A stretch of DNA of 64,000 bases from Eledone cirrhosa (lineage: Eukaryota): contig OZ024743.1 in assembly GCA_964016885.1 (NCBI GenBank), positions 135,470,001 through 135,534,000 of the forward strand, read 5' to 3'. Shown one piece after another: positions 48,471 to 59,129 of this stretch. A model generated the notes under the pieces. It saw only the letters and a program-made list of their open reading frames with translations. It searched no databases and had not been told where the DNA came from. A program made the translations under genes and the position numbers. The stretch's first letter is position 1. Each line of letters opens with the position of its first letter.

Positions 48471-51400
48471 GTTTCCTGTTTGCTGTTTGGTGTTTGGTGT
48501 TTGGTGTTTGCTGTTTGGTGTCTGCTTTTTGGTGCTTGGTGCTTGGTGCTTGGTCTTTGGTGCTTGGTGTTTGGTGTTTGGTGCTTGGTGCTTTGTGTTT
48601 GGTGCTTGGTGATTAGTGTTTGGTGCTTGGTACTTGGTGTTTGGTGCTTGGTGTTTGGTGTTTGCTGTTTGGTGTTTGGTGTTTGCTGTTTGCTGTTTGG
48701 TGTCTGCTTTTTGGTGTTTGGTGTTTGCTGTATGGTGTTTGCTGTTTCGTGTTTGGTGTTTGCTGTTTGGTGTTTGGTGTTTGCTGTTTGGTGTTTGGTC
48801 TTTGGTGCTTGGTGTTTGGTGCTTGGTGCTTGGTGTTTGGTGTTTGGTGCTTGGTGCTTGGTGCTTGGTGTTTGGTGCTTGGTGTCTGGTGCTTGGTGTC
48901 TGGTGCTTGGTGTTTGGTGTTTGGTGTTTGGTGCTTGGTGTTTGGTGTTTGGTGTTTGGTGTTTGGTGCTTGTTGCTTGGTGCTTGGTGCTTGGTGTTTG
49001 GTGCTTGGTGCTTGGTGTTTGGTGCTGGGTGCTTGGTGTTTGGTGCTTGGTGCTTGGTGCTTGGTGTTTGGTGTTTGGTGCTTGGTGCTTGGTGTTTGGT
49101 GTTTGGTGTTATATGCTTGGTGTTTGATGCTTGGTGCTTGGTGCTTGGTGTTTGGTGTTTGGTGCTTGGTGTTTTATGCTTGGTGTTTGATGTTTGGTGC
49201 TTGGTGCTTGGTTTTTGGTGCTTGGTGCTTGGTGTTTCTACTTGGTGCTTGGTGCTTGGTTCTTGGTGTTTGGTGCTTGGTGCTTGGTGCTTGGTGCTTG
49301 GTGTTTGGTGCTTGGTGTTTGGTGCTTGATGTTTGGTGCTTGGTGCCTGGTGCTTGGTGCTTGGTGCTTGGTGTTTGGTGCTTGGTGTTTGGTGCTTGGT
49401 ATTAGGTGTTTGGTGCTTGGTGCTTGGTGTTTGGTGTTTGGTGCTTGGTGTTTGGTGCTTGGTGTTTGGTGTTTGGTGCTTGGTGTTTGGTGCTTGGTAC
49501 TTGGTGCTTGGTGCTTGGTGTTAGGTGTTTGGTGCTTGGTGCTTGGTGTTTGGTTTTTGGTGCTTGGTGCTTGGTGTTTGGTGTTTGGTGCTTGCTGCTG
49601 GCTGCTTGGTGTTTGGTGCTTGGTGATTGGTGCTTGGTGTTTGGTGCTTGGTGTTTGGTGTTTGGTACTAGGTGCTTGGTGCTTGGTGTTTGGTGCTTGG
49701 TGCTTGGTGTTTGGTGTTTGGTGATTGGTGCTTGGTATTTGGTGCTTGGTGCTGGGTTCTGGGTGGTTGGTGTTTGGTGCTTGGTGTTTGGTGCTGGGTG
49801 CTTGGTGTTTGGTGCTTGGTGCTTGGTCTTTGGTGTTTGGTGTTTGGTGTTTGGGGCTTGGTGCTTGGTGCTTTGTGTTTGGTGCTTGGTGCTTGGTGTT
49901 TGGTGCTTGGTGCTTAGTGTTTGGTGCTAGGTGCTTGGGGTTTGGTGTTTGGTGCTTGGTGCTTGGTGTTTGGTGCTTGGTGCTTGGTGTTTGGTGTTTG
50001 GTGCTTGGTGCTTGGTGTTTGGTGTTTCCTGTTTGCTGTTTGGTGTTTGGTGTTTGGTGTTTGCTGTTTGGTGTCTGCTTTTTGGTGTTTGGTGTTTGCT
50101 GTATGTTATTTGCTGTTTGGTGTTTGGTGTTTGGTGTTTGGTGCTTGGTGCTTGGTGTTTGGTGCTTGGTGCTTGGTGTTTGGTGCCTGGTGCTTGGGGC
50201 TTGGTGTTTGGTGTTTGGTGCTTGGTGCTTGGAGTTTGGTGTTTGGTGCTTGGTGCTTGGTGTTTTGTGTTTGGTGTTTGGTTTTTGGTGCTTGGTGCTT
50301 GGTGCTTGGTGCTTGGTCCTTGGTGTTTGGTGCTTGGTGCTTGGTGTTTGTACTTGGTGCTTGGTGCTTGGTGTTTGGTTCTTGGTTCTTGGTGTTTGGT
50401 ACTTGGTGCTTGGTGCTTGGTGTTTGGTGCTTGGTGCTTGGTGTTTGGTGTTTGGTGTTTGGTGCTTGGTGCTTGGTGTTTGGTGCTTGGTGCTTGGTGC
50501 TGGGTGGTTGGTATTTGGTGCTTGGTGCTTGGTGTTTGGTGCTTGGTGCTTGGTGCTTGGTGTTTGGTGCTTGGTGCTTGGTGCTTGGTGTTTGGTGCTT
50601 GGTGTTTGGTGTTTGGTGCTTGGTGCTTTGTGTTTGGTGCTTGGTGATTAGTGTTTGGTGCTTGGTACTTGGTGTTTGGTGCTTGGTGTTTGGTGTTTGC
50701 TGTTTGGTGTTTGGTGTTTGGTGTTTGCTGTTTGGTGTCTGCTTTTTGGTGTTTGGTGTTTGCTGTATGGTGTTTGGTGTTTGCTGTTTGGTGTTTGGTC
50801 TTTGGTGCTTGGTGTTTGGTGCTTGGTGCTTGGTGTTTGGTGTTTGGTGCTTGGTGTTTGGTGTTTGGTGCTTGGTGCTTGGTGCTTGGTGTTTGGTGCT
50901 TGGTGTCTGGTGCTTGGTGTCTGGTGCTTGGTGTTTGGTGTTTGGTGTTTGGTGCTTGGTGTTTGGTGTTTGGTGTTTGGTGTTTGGTGCTTGTTGCTTG
51001 GTGCTTGGTGCTTGGTGTTTGGTGCTTGGTGCTTGGTGTTTGGTGCTGGGTGCTTGGTGTTTGGTGCTTGTTGCTTGGTGTTTGGTGTTTGGTGCTTGGT
51101 GCTTGGTGTTTGGTGTTTGGTGTTATATGCTTGGTGTTTGGTGCTTGGTGCTTGGTGTTTGGTGTTTGGTTCTTGATGCTTGGTATTTGGTGCTTGGTGC
51201 TTGCTGCTTGGTGTTTGGTGCTTGGTGATTGATGCTTGGTGTTTGGTGCTTGGTGCTTGGTGTTTGGTTTTTGGTGCTAGGTGCTTGGTGCTTGGTGTTT
51301 GGTGCTTGGTGTTTTGTGATTGGTGCTTGGTGCTTGGAGTTTGGTACTTGGTGCTTGGTGCTTGGTGTTTGGTGCTTGGTGCTTGGTGTTTGGTGTTTGG

Positions 51401-54400
51401 TGTTTGGTGCTTGGTGCTTGGTGTTTGGTGCTTGGTGCTGGGTGGTTGGTGTTTGGTGCTTGGTGCTTGGTGTTTTGTGCTAGGTGCATGGTGCCTGGTG
51501 TTTGGTGCTTGGTGCTTGGTGCTTGGTCTTTGGTCTTTGGTGTTTAGTGCTTGGTGCTTGGTGCTTGGTGCTTGGTGCTTGGTGCTTGGTCCTTGGTGTT
51601 TGGTGCTTGGTGCTTGGTGTTTGGTGTTTGGTGCTTGGTGCTTGGTGCTTCGTGTTTGGTGTTTGGTGCTTGGTGTCTGGAGCTTGGTGTTTGGTGTTTG
51701 GTGCTTGGTGTTTGGTGTTTGGTGCTTGGTGCTTGGTGTTTGGTGCTTGGTGCTTGGTGTTTGGTGCTTGGTGCTTGGTGCTTGGTCTTTGGTGCTTGGT
51801 GTTTGGTGTTTGGTGCTTGGTGCTTTGTGTTTGGTGCTTGGTGATTAATGTTTGGTGCTTGGTACTTGGTGTTTGGTGCTTGGTGTTTGGTGTTTGCTGT
51901 TTGGTGTTTGGTGTTTGCTGTTTGCTGTTTGGTGTCTGCTTTTTGGTGTTTGGTGTTTGATGTATGGTGTTTGCTGTTTCGTGTTTGGTGTTTGCTGTTT
52001 GGTGTTTGGTGTTTGCTGTTTGGTGTTTGGTCTTTGGCGCTTGGTGTTTGGTGCTTGGTGCTTGGTGTTTGGTGTTTGGTGCTTGGTGCTTGGTGCTTGG
52101 TGTTTGGTGCTTGGTGTCTGGTGCTTGGTGTCTGGTGCTTGGTGTTTGGTGTTTGGTGTTTGGTGCTTGGTGTTTGGTGTTTGGTGTTTGGTGTTTGGTG
52201 CTTGTTGCTTGGTGCTTGGTGCTTGGTGTTTGGTGCTTGGTGCTTGGTGTTTGGTGCTGGGTGCTTGGTGTTTGGTGCTTGGTGCTTGGTGCTTGGTGTT
52301 TGGTGTTTGGTGCTTGGTGCTTGGTGTTTGGTGTTTGGTGTTATATGCTTGGTGTTTGATGCTTGGTGCTTGGTGCTTGGTGTTTGGTGTTTGGTGCTTG
52401 GTGTTTTATGCTTGGTGTTTGATGTTTGGTGCTTGGTGCTTGGTGTTTCTACTTGGTGCTTGGTGCTTGGTGTTTGGTTCTTGGTTCTTGGTGTTTGTTA
52501 CTTGGTGCTTGGTGCTTGGTGTTTGGTGCTTGGTGCTTGGAGTTTGGTGTTTGGTGCTTGGTGCTTGGTGTTTTGTGTTTGGTGTTTGGTTTTTGGTGCT
52601 TGGTGCTTGGTGCTTGGTGCTTGGTGCTTGGTCCTTGGTGTTTGGTGCTTGGTGCTTGGTGTTTGTACTTGGTGCTTGGTGCTTGGTGTTTGGTTCTTGG
52701 TTCTTGGTGTTTGGTACTTGGTGCTTGGTGCTTGGTGTTTGGTGCTTGGTGCTTGGTGTTTGGTGTTTGGTGTTTGGTGCTTGGTGCTTGGTGTTTGGTG
52801 CTTGGTGCTTGGTGCTGGGTGGTTGGTATTTGGTGCTTGGTGCTTGGTGTTTGGTGCTTGGTGCTTGGTGCTTGGTGTTTGGTGCTTGGTGCTTGGTGCT
52901 TGGTCTTTGGTGCTTGGTGTTTGGTGTTTGGTGCTTGGTGCTTTGTGTTTGGTGCTTGGTGATTAGTGTTTGGTGCTTGGTACTTGGTGTTTGGTGCTTG
53001 GTGTTTGGTGTTTGCTGTTTGGTGTTTGGTGTTTGGTGTTTGCTGTTTGGTGTCTGCTTTTTGGTGTTTGGTGTTTGCTGTATGGTGTTTGCTGTTTCGT
53101 GTTTGGTGTTTGCTGTTTGGTGTTTGGTGTTTGCTGTTTGGTGTTTGGTCTTTGGTGCTTGGTGTTTGGTGCTTGGTGCTTGGTGTTTGGTGTTTGGTGC
53201 TTGGTGTTTGGTGTTTGGTGCTTGGTGCTTGGTGCTTGGTGTTTGGTGCTTGGTGTCTGGTGCTTGGTGTCTGGTGCTTGGTGTTTGGTGTTTGGTGTTT
53301 GGTGCTTGGTGTTTCTACTTGGTGTTTGGTGTTTGGTGCTTGTTGCTTGGTGCTTGGTGCTTGGTGTTTGGTGCTTGGTGCTTGGTGTTTGGTGCTGGGT
53401 GCTTGGTGTTTGGTGCTTGGTGCTTGGTGTTTGGTGTTTGGTGCTTGGTGCTTGGTGTTTGGTGTTTGGTGTTATATGCTTGGTGTTTGGTGCTTGGTGC
53501 TTGGTGTTTGGTGTTTGGTTCTTGATGCTTGGTATTTGGTGCTTGGTGCTTGCTGCTTGGTGTTTGGTGCTTGGTGATTGATGCTTGGTGTTTGGTGCTT
53601 GGTGCTTGGTGTTTGGTTTTTGGTGCTAGGTGCTTGGTGCTTGGTGTTTGGTGCTTGGTGTTTGGTGTTTGGTGCTTGGTGCTTGGTGTTTGGTACTTGG
53701 TGCTTGGTGCTTGGTGTTTGGTGCTTGGTGCTTGGTGTTTGGTGTTTGGTGTTTGGTGCTTGGTACTTGGTGTTTGGTGCTTGGTGCTGGGTGGTTGGTG
53801 TTTGGTGCTTGGTGCTTGGTGTTTTGTGCTAGGTGCATGGTGCCTGGTGTTTGGTGCTTGGTGCTTGGTGCTTGGTCTTTGGTGTTTGGTGTTTAGTGCT
53901 TGGTGCTTGGTGCTTGGTGTTTGGTGTTTGGTGCTTGGTGTTTGGTGTTTGGTGTTTGGTGTTTGGTGCTTGTTGCTTGGTGCTTGGTGCTTGGTGTTTG
54001 GTGCTTGGTGCTTGGTGTTTGGTGCTGGGTGCTTGGTGTTTGGTGCTTGGTGCTTGGTGCTTGGTGTTTGGTGTTTGGTGCTTGGTGCTTGGTGTTTGGT
54101 GTTTGGTGTTATATGCTTGGTGTTTGATGCTTGGTGCTTGGTGCTTGGTGTTTGGTGTTTGGTGCTTGGTGTTTTATGCTTGGTGTTTGATGTTTGGTGC
54201 TTGGTGCTTGGTGTTTGGTGCTTGGTGCTTGGTGTTTCTACTTGGTGCTTGGTGCTTGGTTCTTGGTGTTTGGTGCTTGGTGCTTGGTGCTTGGTGCTTG
54301 GTGTTTGGTGCTTGGTGTTTGGTGCTTGGTGTTTGGTGCTTGGTGCCTGGTGCTTGGTGCTTGGTGCTTGGTGTTTGGTGCTTGGTGTTTGGTGCTTGGT

Positions 54401-56829
54401 ATTAGGTGTTTGGTGCTTGGTGCTTGGTGTTTGGTGTTTGGTGCTTGGTGTTTGGTGCTTGGTGTTTGGTGTTTGGTGCTTGGTGTTTGGTGCTTGGTAC
54501 TTGGTGCTTGGTGCTTGGTGTTAGGTGTTTGGTGCTTGGTGCTTGGTGTTTGGTTTTTGGTGCTTGGTGCTTGGTGTTTGGTGTTTGGTGCTTGCTGCTG
54601 GCTGCTTGGTGTTTGGTGCTTGGTGTTTGGTGTTTGGTGCTTGCTGCTGGCTGCTTGGTGTTTGGTGCTTGGTGATTGGTGCTTGGTGTTTGGTGCTTGG
54701 TGTTTGGTGTTTGGTACTAGGTGCTTGGTGCTTGGTGTTTGGTGCTTGGTGCTTGGTGTTTGGTGTTTGGTGATTGGTGCTTGGTGTTTGGTGCTTGGTG
54801 CTGGGTTCTGGGTGGTTGGTGTTTGGTGCTTGGTGTTTGGTGCTGGGTGCTTGGTGTTTGGTGCTTGGTGCTTGGTCTTTGGTGTTTGGTGTTTGGTGTT
54901 TGGGGCTTGGTGCTTGGTGCTTGGTGTTTGGTGCTTGGTGCTTGGTGTTTGGTGCTTGGTGCTTAGTGTTTGGTGCTAGGTGCTTGGGGTTTGGTGTTTG
55001 GTGCTTGGTGCTTGGTGTTTGGTGCTTGGTGCTTGGTGTTTGGTGTTTGGTGCTTGGTGCTTGGTGTTTGGTGTTTCCTGTTTGCTGTTTGGTGTTTGGT
55101 GTTTGGTGTTTGCTGTTTGGTGTCTGCTTTTTGGTGTTTGGTGTTTGCTGTATGTTATTTGCTGTTTGGTGTTTGGTGTTTGGTGTTTGGTGCTTGGTGC
55201 TTGGTGTTTGGTGCTTGGTGCTTGGTGTTTGGTGCCTGGTGCTTGGGGCTTGGTGTTTGGTGTTTGGTGCTTTGTGCTTGGAGTTTGGTGTTTGGTGCTT
55301 GGTGCTTGGTGTTTTGTGTTTGGTGTTTGGTTTTTGGTGCTTGGTGCTTGGTGCTTGGTGCTTGGTCCTTGGTGTTTGGTGCTTGGTGCTTGGTGTTTGT
55401 ACTTGGTGCTTGGTGCTTGGTGTTTGGTTCTTGGTTCTTGGTGTTTGGTACTTGGTGCTTGGTGTTTGGTGCTTGGTGCTTGGTGTTTGGTGTTTGGTGT
55501 TTGGTGCTTGGCGCTTGGTGTTTGGTGCTTGGTGCTTGGTGCTGGGTGGTTGGTATTTGGTGCTTGGTGCTTGGTGTTTGGTGCTTGGTGCTTGGTGCTT
55601 GGTGTTTGGTGCTTGGTGCTTGGTGCTTGGTCTTTGGTGCTTGGTGTTTGGTGTTTGGTGCTTGGTGCTTTGTGTTTGGTGCTTGGTGATTAGTGTTTGG
55701 TGCTTGGTACTTGGTGTTTGGTGCTTGGTGTTTGGTGTTTGCTGTTTGGTGTTTGGTGTTTGGTGTTTGCTGTTTGGTGTCTGCTTTTTGGTGTTTGGTG
55801 TTTGCTGTATGGTGTTTGGTGTTTGGTGTTTGGTGTTTGCTGTTTGGTGTTTGGTGTTTGCTGTTTGGTGTTTGGTCTTTGGTGCTTGGTGTTTGGTGCT
55901 TGGTGCTTGGTGTTTGGTGTTTGGTGCTTGGTGTTTGGTGTTTGGTGCTTGGTGCTTGGTGCTTGGTGTTTGGTGCTTGGTGTCTGGTGCTTGGTGTCTG
56001 GTGCTTGGTGTTTGGTGTTTGGTGTTTGGTGCTTGGTGTTTGGTGTTTGGTGTTTGGTGTTTGGTGCTTGTTGCTTGGTGCTTGTTGCTTGGTGTTTGGT
56101 GCTTGGTGCTTGGTGTTTGGTGCTGGGTGCTTGGTGTTTGGTGCTTGGTGCTTGGTGTTTGGTGTTTGGTGCTTGGTGCTTGGTGTTTGGTGTTTGGTGT
56201 TATATGCTTGGTGTTTGGTGCTTGGTGCTTGGTGTTTGGTGTTTGGTTCTTGATGCTTGGTATTTGGTGCTTGGTGCTTGCTGCTTGGTGTTTGGTGCTT
56301 GGTGATTGATGCTTGGTGTTTGGTGCTTGGTGCTTGGTGTTTGGTTTTTGGTGCTAGGTGCTTGGTGCTTGGTGTTTGGTGCTTGGTGTTTGGTGTTTGG
56401 TGCTTGGTGCTTGGTGTTTGGTACTTGGTGCTTGGTGCTTGGTGTTTGGTGCTTGGTGCTTGGTGTTTGGTGTTTGGTGTTTGGTGCTTGGTGCTTGGTG
56501 TTTGGTGCTTGGTGCTGGGTGGTTGGTGTTTGGTGCCTGGTGCTTGGTGTTTTGTGCTAGGTGCATGGTGCCTGGTGTTTGGTGCTTGGTGCTTGGTGCT
56601 TGGTCTTTGGTGTTTAGTGTTTAGTGCTTGGTGCTTGGTGCTTGGTGCTTGGTGCTTGGTGCTTGGTCCTTGGTGTTTGGTGCTTGGTGCTTGGTGTTTG
56701 GTGTTTGGTGCTTGGTGCTTGGTGCTTCGTGTTTGGTGTTTGGTGCTTGGTGTCTGGAGCTTGGTGTTTGGTGTTTGGTGCTTGGTGTTTGGTGTTTGGT
56801 GCTTGGTGCTTGGTGTTTCGTGCTTGGTG

Positions 56830-59110
56830 CTTGGTGTTTGTACTTGGTGCTTGGTGCTTGGTGTTTGGTGCTTGATTCTTGGTGTTTGGTGCTTGGTGTT
56901 TGGAGCTTGGTGCTTGGTGTTTGGTGCTTGGTGCTTGGTGTTTGTACTTGGTGCTTGGTGCTTGGTGTTTGGTGCTTGGTTCTTGGTGTTTGGTGCTTGG
57001 TGTTTGGAGCTTGGTGCTTGGTGTTTGGTGCTTGCTGCTTGGTGTTTGGTGCTTGGTGTTTGGTGTTTGGTGCTTGGTGCTTGGTGTTTGTTGCTTGGTA
57101 CTTGGTGCATGGTGTTTGGTGCTGGGTGCTTGGTGTTTTGTGCTTGGTTCTTGGTGTTTGGTGTTTGGTGCTTGGTACTTGGTGTCTGGAGCTTGGTGTT
57201 TGGTGTTTGGTGCTTGGTGTTTGGTGCTTGGTGCTTGGTGTTTGGTGTTTGGTGTTTGATGCTTGGTGTTTTATGCTTGGTGCTTGGTGTTTGGTGCTTG
57301 GTGTTTGTATTTGGTGCTTGGTGCTTGGTGTTTTGTGCTTGGTTCTTGGTGTTTGGTGTTTGGTGCTTGGTACTTGGTGCTTGGTGTTAGGTGTTTGGTG
57401 CTTGGTGCTTGGTGTTTGGTGTTTGGTCCTTGGTGCTTGGTGCTTGGTGTTTAGTGCTTGGTGCTTGGTGTTTGTTGTTTGGTGCTTTCTGTTTGCTGCT
57501 TGGTGTTTGCTGCTTGGTGCTTGGTGCTTGGTGTTTGGTGTTTGGTGCTAGGTGCTTGGTGTTTGGTGTTTGGTGTTTGATGCTTGGTGTTTGGTGCTTG
57601 GTGTTTGGTGCTTGGTGCTTGGGGCTTGGTGTTTGGTGCTTGGTGCTTGGTGCTTGGTGTTTGGTGCTTGGTGCTTGGTGTTTGGTGTTTGGTGTTTGGT
57701 GCTTGGTGCTTGGTGTTTGGTGCTTGGTGCTTGGTGCTGGGTGGTTGGTATTTGGTGCTTGGTGCTTGGTGTTTGGTGCTTGGTGCTTGGTGCTTGGTGT
57801 TTGGTGCTTGGTGCTTGGTGCTTGTCTTTGGTGCTTGGTGTTTGGTGTTTGGTGCTTGGTGCTTTGTGTTTGGTGCTTGGTGATTAGTGTTTGGTGCTTG
57901 GTACTTGGTGTTTGGTGCTTGGTGTTTGGTGTTTGCTGTTTGGTGTTTGGTGTTTGCTGTTTGCTGTTTGGTGTCTGCTTTTTGGTGTTTGGTGTTTGCT
58001 GTATGGTGTTTGCTGTTTCGTGTTTGGTGTTTGCTGTTTGGTGTTTGGTGTTTGCTGTTTGGTGTTTGGTCTTTGGTGCTTGGTGTTTGGTTCTTGGTGC
58101 TTGGTGTTTGGTGTTTGGTGCTTGGTGCTTGGTGCTTGGTGTTTGGTGCTTGGTGCTTGGTGTTTGGTGTTTGGTGTTTGGTGCTTGGTGCTTGGTGTTT
58201 GGTGCTTGGTGCTGGGTGCTTGGTGTTTGGTGTTTGGTGCTTGGTGCTTGGTGTTTGGGGCTTGGTGCTTGGTGTTTGTACTTGGTGCTTGGTGCTTGGT
58301 GTTTGGTGCTTGGTTCTTGGTGTTTGGTGCTTGGTGTTTGGAGCTTGGTGCTTGGTGTTTGGTGCTTGGTGCTTGGTGTTTGTACTTGGTGCTTGGTGCT
58401 TGGTGTTTGGTGCTTGGTTCTTGGTGTTTGGTGCTTGGTGTTTGGAGCTTGGTGCTTGGTGTTTGGTGTTTGGTGCTTGGTGCTTGGTGTTTGGTGTTTG
58501 GTGCTTGGTGTTTGGTGTTTGGTGCTTGGTGCTTGGTGTTTGTTGCTTGGTACTTGGTGCATGGTGTTTGGTGCTGGGTGCTTGGTGTTTTGTGCTTGGT
58601 TCTTGGTGTTTGGTGTTTGGTGCTTGGTACTTGGTGTCTGGAGCTTGGTGTTTGGTGTTTGGTGCTTGGTGTTTGGTGCTTGGTGCTTGGTGTTTGGTGT
58701 TTGGTGTTTGATGCTTGGTGTTTTATGCTTGGTGCTTGGTGTTTGGTGCTTGGTGTTTGTATTTGGTGCTTGGTGCTTGGTGTTTTGTGCTTGGTTCTTG
58801 GTGTTTGGTGTTTGGTGCTTGGTACTTGGTGCTTGGTGTTAGGTGTTTGGTGCTTGGTGCTTGGTGTTTGGTGTTTGGTCCTTGGTGCTTGGTGCTTGGT
58901 GTTTAGTGCTTGGTGCTTGGTGTTTGTTGTTTGGTGCTTTCTGTTTGCTGCTTGGTGTTTGCTGCTTGGTGCTTGGTGCTTGGTGTTTGGTGTTTGGTGC
59001 TAGGTGCTTGGTGTTTGGTGTTTGGTGTTTGATGCTTGGTGTTTGGTGCTTGGTGTTTGGTGCTTGGTGCCTGGGGCTTGGTGTTTGGTGCTTGGTGCTT
59101 GGTGCTTGGT
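56830..59110 (+). repeat. ~1.45-kb spaced duplication
   Basis: ORF patterns 57263->58715, 57391->58843 and 57552->59004 (+1452). The private variant TTGTAT occurs at 57305 and 58757. The upstream TTGTAC pair is offset by +1438. Confidence 0.78.
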
Positions 59111-59129
59111 GTTTGGTGCTTGGTGTTTG

